In this document: piece by piece, positions 37,243-47,519 of the stretch | How the letters are laid out: each line of letters begins with the position of its first letter | Numbering within the stretch: the first letter of the stretch is position 1 | Assembly: GCF_963921235.1 (NCBI RefSeq) | Contig: NC_086108.1 | Location: 103,170,001-103,234,000 of the forward strand | DNA length: 64,000 bases | Direction of reading: 5' to 3' | Source of the DNA: Mobula hypostoma | Taxonomy: Eukaryota | Position numbers and translations under genes: made by a program | Notes under the pieces: generated by a model | The model's input: the letters and a program-made list of their open reading frames with translations, nothing else | What the model was told of the DNA's origin: nothing | Databases searched by the model: none

Positions 37243-40155
37243 ATGGAGATTGAGGAATTTCTAAAGGCGTCGACCTTGGAGGCATTAGAGGATGCCAGGA
37301 AAGCGGAATTGGCAGTTGTGGCCAAACGGTTGAATCTTGTTAAGGGGAAGTCGACAATGAGGAGACAGGAAATACACAGAGCTATCGTAGAGCACTATGT
37401 ATCTAAAGGTGTGTTTCCCCAAGGGGAGCTGGAGGTGATATCTATTGGAAAACCTGGTGGAGACACAGTACAGGTGCAGCTTGAAAAACTGAGACTCCAG
37501 CACGAGTTCCGGGTACGGCAGCTAGAACACGAAGAGAAACAGTTAGAACGGCAACGGCAAGAGAGAGAGAGACAGTTGGAGAGAGAAGAGAAACAGAGGG
37601 AAAGGGAATTCAAGCTGGAGAGGTTAAAGATGATGGCAGAGCAGGGGACCATGCCGAACCAAGGTGGAGGGTTCAGAGCGACCCAGGAGGTTAGGCTGGT
37701 TCCCCCATTTGACGATACCGATGTGGATCGGTACTTTCTCCATTTCGAAAAAGTTGCTGCAAGTCAGGACTGGCCGAGGGATAAGTGGGCTGTTTTGCTT
37801 TAGAGTGTACTTAAAGGAAAAGCCCAACAAGCTTACTCAGCTTTGTCCGCGGATGATGCCCAGAGGTATGAGGTGGTGAAAGAGGCCATCCTCAGGATTT
37901 ATGAGTTGGTCCCGGAGGCATACCGGCAGAGGTTCCGGAATGCGAGGAAGCAGTGGGACCGCACGTATTTAGAGTTTGCCCGTGAGATGCAGACATATTG
38001 TGAGCGTTGGTGCGCCTCGAAAGGGGTAGATGGGGATTATGACAGACTGCTACAGCTGATCCTGATTGAGCAGTTTAAAGGTTGTGTCCCTGAAGGTATG
38101 AGACCCTACCTCGATGAGAAAGAGGCAGCCACGTTAGCCGCAACTGCTAAGTTAGTGGATGAGTACGCGTTGACGCATAAAATGAAGTTTGCCCCGAGTA
38201 AAGGCTACCAGAAGGGTAGTCAGAACGGCGGGGAGAGTCCGCCGGAAAAGTCAGTAAGTAAGCCGGGGACTAGTGAGAAGGATAAGGTAGACCAGGAGCA
38301 GTCTGGTAGGAAGTCTCCTGGGGTCGTCTGTTATAATTGTGGGAAAGTCGGACACTTTGCATCCAGGTGCTTTGCCCCAAAGAAGGAGACGGGGAAAGGA
38401 AAAACGGTGATTTCGACTGGCTGAATCGAGCTGGTAAACAAACCGCTAGGAGAGGAAAGGTCCGCCAAAGTTCAGGAAGGGCGCGAGAGGTTTATCTCGG
38501 CCGGATTGATGTTGGTGAAGGAGGGGTTAAACCCAGTTCCAGTACGGATCTGGAGAGACACGGGAGCGTGTCAGTCATTGATATTGAAGAGTGTGTTAGA
38601 GTTTAGTTCAGAGACCCAGACTGGGGAGGTCAGGGTCAAAGGTATTGGGGAAGGGACAGAAGCAGTAACCTTGCACCAGATACACCTACAAAGCAACTTG
38701 GTCTCTGGACTAGTCATGATCGGGGTGAGGCCCGAATTACCGATGAAAGGCGTGGAAGTCTTGCTCGGTAATGACCTCACCGGGGGAATTGTGTTCTCGG
38801 CAGTGAGATTGACAGGTCAGCCTGCCAGCATTGAGGCCCCGCCCATGGACTCACAGGTTCATCCTGTTTGTGCAGTGACTCGCTGTATGTCCAGAGAGAC
38901 TGCTGAGACGTTTCTACCAGCCTTGTACGAGGAGGGGGTAGAAAGTGAAAAGAAGGAGCGTAATGAAACAGGAGGAAGTGGAGAAATTAAGGTAGATTTA
39001 TCATTAGAAAAGAAGGACTTTATACAGGCACAGGAGCGAGACGAGGAATCAGCTCTCTGTGAAACAGAATTACGAAGGGGGCCAGTGAATTATGGTGTGA
39101 AGGGGGAGGTACTAAGGAAGGAAGGGAGACCAAGTACCGCAGATGAGGAATGGGGGGTGGTGCAAAAGAGTTATGGGGATGAGATTTTTAACCTGGCCCA
39201 CAAGGTACCCCTTGGTGGACATTTTGAGGTGCTGAAGGAAAAAGTCGGCGGAGCCATGAGAGAGTTTTTCTGGCTGCACAGGAGGAAGGATGTTATTGAT
39301 TATTGCAGACACGAACTGAGACAGTCACAGTCTTTTGATATGCTAACAAACCTAGTCGGTGTTAGCGTGGAAATCAATGAAGCTAGGCTGCCACCTGATA
39401 AGAGGAAAAACCATTTTGAAAAGATGAGTATGGTACCGACCAGATGGGAGAAGGCTATTGTTTTGGCCAGCTCTGCTGATAAGGTCTCTCCCTTAATCCC
39501 CGAACAAAGCGACCCTTTAGGAGAGCTAATTAAACGGCTCGCACACGTGTGTTTGATTGTCCCGAGGCAATGCAAAGAACTGGGATGTTGGGTGGTGTTT
39601 GTCATGCTAGGTCAGCCTAGTGAGCAACACCCCTATAGAATGAGTAATTCAGTGACGAAAGGGCTAAAGAACACAGAAGTGTATACTGGCGATGTAATAC
39701 GGCTGTCTGAAGCCAGCTTGATAGTGAACCTTGAAAAAAATGAGTTCGGCCACGCCAAGGTCACTTATCTGGGAATTGTGGTAACACCGGGGCAGCTGGC
39801 AGCGATGCAAGCTAAGGTGCGGGCTATCTCTGACATCCCACCCCGACAGACAAGAGGGCCCTCAGAAGGCTCTTGGAGATGGTGGGGTACTGTAGGAAGT
39901 TTTGCAATAACTTTGCGGGTACTACCCCTCCCCCTCCTATTAGGCCCTTGCGAAAGAAAACTAAGTCGGGATGGGACGACCCTTGTTATCGTGGTCTGGG
40001 ACGAATCCCAATGAGAGGTTACACTGATCACAATTCATCAGTGTTTTCGGCCACTATGAAGTTTGCTAAGTTGAAGCCTGGTTTAGAGGATTATTAAAAT
40101 AACACATATAAAAGGAACGGAAAGTGTGATTGCTGACTGTCTGTCAAGGTGTTGA
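37243..40155 (+). pseudogene. Disrupted gag-pol: coiled coil, SCAN-like capsid, CCHC knuckle, protease, integrase N-terminal remnant, RT/RNase H remnants
   Basis: ORFs at 37243, 37843 and 38506 share one frame, interrupted by TAG (37801) and TGA (38422). Motifs: PEAYRQRFR...LEQF (SCAN-like), CYNCGKVGHFASRC, RDTGACQS (protease), LAHKVPLGGHF...FFW...DVIDYC (integrase zinc-binding remnant), VNLEKNEFGHAKVTYLG (RT), and terminal HIKGTESVIADCLSR. Confidence 0.88.
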
Positions 40156-40255
40156 CAAAATTCTCTGTATTAGCCAAATAGCTGATGAAGATGTATATTT
40201 GTGTGTATCTAATAATGTACTCATGCTTATAATTTTTACCCTGGTAAAAATCCTT

Positions 40256-40267
40256 AAAGGAGAGGGG
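40256..40267 (+). other. Polypurine tract
   Basis: AAAGGAGAGGGG immediately precedes the 3' LTR. Confidence 0.85.
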
Positions 40268-41177
40268 TGTGACGAAAGAGGGTTACAAAAGTACACATAG
40301 ACTAAGATGTTAACTGTCCTGTGCTGGCACCAGTGGGATCAACAGTTGATCTGCCACCTGTCTTCAGGAGAGAGAGACAATGGAGCAGCATTTGGAAATG
40401 TTAATGAAGAGACGAGAGAGTTTAACGGAAGGAGACACCGGTCTGAGTATTGTCAAGACCGGCTCCTTTTGAACCCTGAACTGTTTGAAGTGTGATGGAC
40501 AGGCGATACCCCAGCAGAGGGATAAAAAGAGGCAGGTTCGCTAAGACACCACACACACGACACCACGAGGTAACGAGACCCTGGAAGCAGTGCGCCCCCA
40601 CAAGTCGGTGGGAGTTTTGGAGGTCTGGTCGCGGGACCAGCCATAGACGCACAGGGTGGAAAAATACAGTCGGCGGGAACCTGGTGTGTGTCCGCCCTTG
40701 CCTGGGTGCCGGGTGCACCTCTGAAGAACGATCGTGTCTGGAACGGAGGGGTCACAGTCGGTGACCTCAGAAGACATTACAAAGGGCTGCCCAAAAGCTG
40801 ACTGCGAGGAATATCGAAGGTCTGTTTGGAATCCGATTTGAATATTCATTCGTTCTCTCTCCTTCCCCCCCCCCCCACGCCCCCAACAGCACAACAGTGA
40901 TTACTGTGAATTGAATTGAACTCAATTGAACTGAACTTTGCGTCACTTGAAACTGGTCATTTACCCCTAGACGGCGATAGAGCTTGTTTGATCCTATTAT
41001 CCTAGTTCTGTGTACATGCGTGTTTATCATTGCTGAACTGTTGCATTTATTATCCTTTTGATTAGAGTACTGTGTTGCTTATTTCTTTAATAAAACTTCC
41101 TTAGTTCCAGTAATCCAGACTCCAACTGAGGGGTCCATTTCTGCTGGTTTGGCAACCCAATTACGGGGTACGTAACA
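40268..41177 (+). repeat. 3' LTR
   Basis: Direct repeat of 36235-37143 with scattered substitutions and small indels. Confidence 0.95.
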
Positions 41178-42631
41178 CCATTTATTCCAGATTTGATAAA
41201 ATATTTCGTTTTGAATTCTCAAGGAGTAAGTCAACTTTTCCATTTTAAATATTTCCAAGATAATTTTGTGCCAATCTTCTAATGTAGGTGGTTTTGGATT
41301 TAGCCACTTTCTAGTGATTGATTTCTTACTTGCCGCTAAAAGGGCCTGCAGCAACTTTATATCTTCCTTCTGTTCAAGAAACAATACATGCCCCAGATAG
41401 AGCGTCTCAAAGTTCAGAGGTATCTGGGACCTAAGTACCTTAACTAATGTTCTATGAATACCTTCCCAATATAGACTTAATTTTGGACAATCCCAGAAAA
41501 TATGGAAATGATTTGCCTCCTTGGAGCCGCACCTTCTCTAACATGTCACGTTTGTATCTTTATATTTTTAAGAAGGTGACATTCATCATTAAGAACCCCC
41601 ACAACCTAGGACGTACCTTCTTCTGGTTATTACCATCAGAGAGGTGATGCAGGAGTCCGATGACATACGTCAACGTTCGAGGAACATCATCTTCCCCTCC
41701 ATCATATTTCTGAATGGTCAATAAATCTACGAACACTAACTCACGATTTTTTACCTCTTTGTTTTATTATTTATTTAATTTAGATCTAGAAATATATTTC
41801 CTGTTGTAGTTTGTAGTATATTTTATGTATTGCACTGTACTGCTGCTGCAAAACAACACACTTCACGACCCATGCCAGTGATAATAAACCTGATTCTGAA
41901 TCACACTAAGGACACCCTCCACCATGTTATGTGATACCTCAGTCATGTTAAGTAGGACTGACTCACAAATCTAAGCAGCTGTGGATCATCAGTGCCAGCC
42001 ATGAAGTACAGCCCAGCAATCTATAACCTCCTCGCTCCTCCACTGGACTGCAGCCTAAACCCAAAGTAAATTTATTATCAAAGTATGCATATGTCACCAC
42101 ATACATATCGAAAATTATTTTCTTGTAGACATTCACAGTCGAACTACGTAATTCCAGCATGGCTGATTTATTAACCCTCTTAATCCCATTCTCCTGCCTC
42201 CTCCCTGTAACCTAACAAATCAAGAATCTATCAACCCCCGAGTTAACTGTACTCAATGACTTGGCCTCCACAGCTGTCTGCGTCAGTGAATTCCACAGAT
42301 TCACCACACTCAGGCTAAAGAAATTCCTCCTCATCTCTATTCTAAATGGATGTCCCTCTTTTCTGAGGCTGTGCCCTCTGGTCTTAGACTCCCTCACAAT
42401 AGGAAACGTCATCTCCACATCCACTCTATCAAGGCCTTCCAATATTTGATAAGTTTCAAAAAGACCTCATTCTTCTAAACTCCTGCAAGTACAGGCCCTG
42501 TGCCATGAAATGTTCTTCACATGTTAACCATTTCACTCCCACGATCTTTCTCCAGAACATCCTCTGGACCCCCTCCAATGCTATCACATCTTTTCTTAGA
42601 TAAGGGGCACAAAACTGCTCACAATACTCCA

Positions 42632-44075
42632 CGCAAACATGAGGAAATCTGCAGATGCTGGAAATTCAAGCAGCACACACAAAATGCTGGTGGAACACAG
42701 CGGGCCAGACGACATCCATAGGAAGAAGCACAGTTGACATTTTGGGCCGAGACCTTCGTCAGGACTAACTGAAAGGAGAGATAGTAAGAGATTTGAAAGT
42801 GGGAGAGGGAGGTGGAGATCCAAAATGATAGGAGAAGACAGGAGGAGGAGGGATGGAGCTAAGACCTGGAAAGTTGATTGGCAAAAGGGATACAAGGCTG
42901 GAGAAGGGAGAGGATCATGGGATGGGAGGCCTAGGGAGAAAGAAAGGGGGAGAGGAGCACCAAGAATAAGAATAAGAATATCTTTATTGTCATTGTTGTG
43001 GAGCAATGAAACACAGTTTAGCAGCTCAACGTTTTGCAGCACGACAAAGAATATTTACATAAAATAAACTCTAAAACCTCTGGAGTGCAGTCCAAAATTA
43101 ATAATATATGGATGTGGTGGGGTAGGCCTATTGCACACCTGCCATTCCTGGAAGTGTGATGCATTTAGCTGCCGCCGTCTTAGGAGGGGGGCAGGAGAAG
43201 GGAAGGGGGTGTTATACATTTCACTGCTTGTGGGTAGAAGCTGTTAAGGAGTCTCTTTGTTTTCGTCCTTAGTGCTCTGTATCTCTTCCCAGAAGGTAGA
43301 GGGGAAAACAGGTGATGTCCAGGATGAGTGGGATCCTTTGAAATACAAGTAGCCTTCTTTTGAAGTCTGCCAGTATAATTGTCTCTGAGAGAGGGTAATG
43401 TTGTGCCAATAACCCGCTCTGCTACCCTCACCATCCGCTGCAAGTCCTTCCTGTTCTGTTCTGTGCAGCTGGCAAACCACACTGCACAGCAATATGTCAG
43501 GAGGCGTATAGTTGTCCGATAGAAGTTGATCAGCAGGTGATGAGGGAGGAGAGTGTGCTTTAGCTTCCTTAGGAAGTAGAGCCTCTGTTGGGCCTTCCCC
43601 ACCTGATAAGAGATATGGGCAGTCCAGGTGAGGTCAGCCGAGATGTGGACGCCGAGGAACTTGAAACTCTCTACTCTCTCCACCTCTTTCCCGTATATGT
43701 GCAGAGCAGAGTGCTCGACGCGCTTTGATTTCCTGAAGTCTAGAGGAAGATGGAGAGCAGGCAAGGAGTTATTGTGAGAGGGTCAGAGAGAGAAACGAGA
43801 GAGAGAGAGAAAAAAGGGGGGGGGAATAAATAAATAAATCGGGGTGGGGTAAGAAGGGGAGAAGGGGCATTAACGGAAGTTAGAGAAGTCAATGTCCATG
43901 CCATCAGGTTGGAGGCTACCCAGATGGAATATAAGGTGTTGTTCCTCCAACCTGAGTGTGGCTTCATCTTGACAGTAGAGGAGGCCATGGATAGACATAT
44001 CAGAATGGGAATGGGACATGGAATTAAAATGTGTGGCCACTGGGAGATCCTGCTTTCTCTGGCAGACAGAGCGTA
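42632..44075 (-). mobile_element. Penelope-like 3' fragment interrupted by a Rex1/Babar insertion
   Basis: DLPVATHFNSMSHSHSDMSIHGLLYCQDEATLRLEEQHLIFHLGSLQPDGMDIDFSNFR at 43870-44070. The UTR and terminal unit continue at 42632-42962. Confidence 0.8.
42963..43742 (-). mobile_element. Rex1/Babar-like LINE 3' fragment
   Basis: ORF with VERVESFKFLGVHISADLTW…KAQQRLYFLRKLK…DPTHPGHHLFSPLPSGKRYR…NSFYPQAV; tandem tail (AATAAG)3 at 42963-42980. Confidence 0.85.
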
Positions 44076-44469
44076 GCGATTTCATGGGTTTGTATCTTTT
44101 GCCTGATGACAGAGGGGAGAAGAGAGAATGCCCGGGGTGAGCGGGGTCTGTGATTACTGACTGCTTTCCTGAGGCAGTGAGAAGTACAACCATAGTCTAT
44201 GGAGGGGAGGCTGGCTTTTGTGATATTCTGAGCTGTGTCCACAACTCTGCAGTCCCTAGCCGTCTCGAGCAAAGGAGTTGTTATACCAAGTTATGATGCA
44301 TCCATATAGGTATTTAAGTGGTTGTACTGGGACTGTCTATTGGTGATGATCACTCCTTGGAACTTGAAGCTCTCAACCCTCTTGTCCTCAGCACCACTGA
44401 TATAAACAAATGGGTGTGCACCTCCCCCCTTCCTGAAGTCAATAAACATCTCTTTTGTTTTTCTGACAC

Positions 44470-45226
44470 TTTATACTTTATTGCCGCCAAACAATTGATA
44501 CTAAAACGTACAATCTTCACAGCGATATTTGATTCTGCGCTGGATTCCACTCCCTGGATTACAAATCGATGGTAAATATTAAAAACTTAAATTATAAATC
44601 ATAAATAGAAAATAGAAAAATGGGAAATAAGGTAGTGCAAAAAAACCGAGAGGCAGGTCCGGGTATTTGGAGGGTACGGCCCAGATCTGGGTCAGGATCC
44701 GTTCAGCAGTCTTATCACAGTTGGAAAGAAGCTGTTCCCAAATCTGGCTGTATGAGTCTTCAAGCTCCTAAGCCTTCTCCCGGAGGGAAGAGGGACGAAA
44801 AGTGTGTTGGCTGGGTGGGTCGTGTCCTTAATTATACTGGCAACACTGCTCTGACAGCGTACAGTGTAAAGTGAGTCCAAGGACGGAAGATTGGTTTGTG
44901 TGGTGTGCTGTGCCGTGTTCACGATCTTCTGCAGCTTCTTTCGGTCTTGGACAGGACAACCTCCACACCAGGTTGTGATGCACCCTAGAAGAGAGCTTTC
45001 TACGGTGCATCTATAAAAATTAGTGAGGGTTTTAGGGAACAGGCCAAATTCCTTTAGTTTTCTCAGGAAGTAAAGGCGCTGGTGGGCCTTCTTGGCAGTG
45101 GACTCTGCTTGGTTGGACCAAGTCAGGTCATTTGTGATATTGACCCCGAGGAACTTAAAGCTTTTGACCTGTTCCACTTGCACACCACCGATGTAAATTG
45201 GGTCGTGCGGTCCGCTACTCCTTCTG
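44470..45226 (-). mobile_element. Rex1/Babar-like LINE 3' fragment
   Basis: ORF 44692-45183 with VEQVKSFKFLGVNITNDLTW…KAHQRLYFLRKLK…NSFFPTVIRLLN. Confidence 0.85.
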
Positions 45227-45361
45227 AGGGAAAGATTGCTGTCATGACCCTATATCAGGAGTAGCAATGTAGTCCAGTATGTGCAAGACATTTAAAACTT
45301 ACGCTGATAAAACCTGTTTCCTTGGCATTAACATATCAGACAATCTATCCTAGGACCAGTA

Positions 45362-46027
45362 CAAGCTTTGGGCTTGTGTTGCAGCCAGTGGCACAGGGAA
45401 CATTTACTGGTAGAGGGAAGAATGGATTCAATTAAATACCAGCAAATTCTGGAAGCAAACATCACACCATCTGTAAAAAAGCCGAAGATGAAAAGAGGGT
45501 GGCTTCTACAACAGGATAATGAACCTAAACACACCTCCAAATCCACAATGGACTACCTCAAGAGGCACAAGCTGGAGGTTTTGCCATGGCCCTCACAGTC
45601 CCCTGACCTAAACATCATCGAGAATCTGTGGATAGACCTCAAAAGAGCAGTGCATGCAAGACAGCCCAAGAATCTCACAGAACTAGCAGCCTTTTGCAAG
45701 AAAGAATGGGCAAAAATCCCCCAAACAAGAATTGAAAGATTCTTAGCTGGCTACAAAAAGCGTTTACAAGCTGTGATACTCGCCAAAGGGGATGTTACTA
45801 AGTAGTGCAATGCAGGTTGCCCAAACTTTTGCTTCGGGCCTTTTTCCTTTTTTGTTATTTTGAAACTGTAAAAGATGGAAATAAAAAAGTTTTCTTGCTT
45901 AAAATATTAGAGGAATGTGTCATCTTTAACTTTATGCCTTTTGGAAATCAGTTCATCTTTTACTCACTTAGCTATTCACAGTAACAGAAATTTTGACCTG
46001 GGGTACCCAAACTTTTGCATGCCACCG
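45362..46027 (+). mobile_element. Tc1-like transposon, right-hand part (DD34E transposase C-terminus and IR/DR end)
   Basis: ORF with QQDNEPKHTSK, WPSQSPDLNIIENLW and AVILAKG. Direct repeat CCCAAACTTTTGC near 45820 and 46006; terminus …GCCACCG followed by TA. Confidence 0.9.
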
Positions 46028-47519
46028 TATATACTCTGACACTGATGAATTCACTCCTTCAATACACGATCAAGATCTTCATTTTTTGCTTTATGCAGTG
46101 TTTTCTATTTTACACTAACTTCAGTTCATTACATATACGAGGTGACTTCTCAGAACTGTCTGTGGTGCACAGACACCTGCACACCATCTGGGACGTCATG
46201 AAAAATATTTCAGATTTCGGAGATGTTCGGATTTTGGAGTTTCAGATAAGGGGTACTCAACCTGTATGATTTTTTATTTGCACAACTTGTCATCTTTTGC
46301 ACATTGGCTGTTTGTCACTCTTTATGTATTTTTTCTTAAACTACTGTATTTCTTTTTTCTCCCCTGTAAATTCCTGCAAGGAAATGAATCTCAGGGTAGT
46401 ATATGGTGACATGAATTTTATAATAAATTTACATTGAACTTTGAGATTCATTTCTTGCAGGCATACAACACAGAACAAAGAAATACAACAGAATCAACGA
46501 AAAACTACACACACAGACTGATAAACAATGTGTGAAAGACAAACCATGCAAATACAAAAATAATAAAAGAATAATATGAAGCAGATGAGTTGTAGAGTCC
46601 TTGAAAGTGTGTCCGTAGGTTGTGGAATGAGTTCAATGTTAAGGTGAGTGTCATTATCTGTGCTGGTTCAGGAGCCTGATGGTTGAAGGGCAATAACTGT
46701 ACCTGGTAGTGTGGGTCTTAAGGCTCCTGTACCTCCTTCCCAATTGCCAAAGGTAGTAGATGGTAACATATACGTACTTAGAAAATAAATTTGCTTTGAA
46801 TTTTGAAGAACATTCAAACTCTGAAGTGACAAGCCGCAAACATTGCTTCTGAACGATGCTTTTCAACATCAGCTTCCTCAGCATTTCCATCACTAGGCTT
46901 ATCCCACTTATCCTAGGTTTGTTCAGGAAAGATGGTTTCACACTGAATCAGAAATAACGTGTGCCAGTTTGAAAGGATGAATGGGCTCCAAAGTAATTTG
47001 CACCTGCATATTACTGCTCATCAAACTAAGTGCCTCAGTGCATTCAGTGATGCATTGGCGATTAGTTGTGGTTAAGGACATCAAGAGAAGGTTTTAACTT
47101 CACTGTGTGGTTTTCACTTAAAAGTGGGTCATTTTTGGAAGAATTATATCACACTCCAACTGAGTTTTGGAGAGCCTTGCTGGGAGAATGATACCTTCCC
47201 CTTCAAACTGTAACACCTTGGTCAAGGCAATCCAGTTTGGTTCTGATGGAGGGCAGCAGGTGGGCAATTGGTCACTAAGCAACACTCAGATTGATGGCTT
47301 TGATGCAGTCACTGTTCGTGCTACTGCATAATTACGGAAGATTCCTGGAATAATGCTCAAATCACACAATGTTCTGTTGGCTAATGATAAATCAATCATA
47401 TGATGGCTATGATGGTAGCAATTTGCTGCCTTATCAGGTAGATGTAGGTTAGATTCTGACTCTGAATATCTGAGCACACAACTTCAGCACAGTATTGAGG
47501 GACAGCTGCCCTGGTGGAA

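Larger units (their letters stand above)
36235..41177 (+). mobile_element. Gypsy LTR retrotransposon, Gmr1-like, internally deleted and non-autonomous
   Basis: Two ~910 bp direct repeats with TGTGACG...CGTAACA ends. 4 bp TSD CCAT at 36231-36234 and 41178-41181. PBS, PPT and gag-pol remnants lie between the LTRs. Confidence 0.95.
35636..41569 (-). mobile_element. 5'-truncated L1-type LINE (ORF2 C-terminus, 3' UTR, poly-A), split by the LTR element
   Basis: Minus strand reads C*RRCGSKEANHFHIFWDCPKL...KKSITRKWL...QIWNKW and continues after the LTR element as VEYITPMRADFR*. T-run at 35636-35643 and a minus-strand AATAAA near 35655. ~15 bp TSD AAGAAGGTGACATCC / AAGAAGGTGACATTC at 35621-35635 and 41570-41584. 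Confidence 0.85.
35285..41900 (+). mobile_element. Degenerate Rex1/Babar-like LINE 3' fragment hosting the L1 and LTR nest (pieces at ~35285-35635 and ~41570-41900)
   Basis: The two flanks join into the same repeat seen at 880-1340 and 26820-27480 (…GAGCAGTTTCAAGTTCCTGGG… …CATCATTAAG… ending in CTGATTCTGA). Confidence 0.75.
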
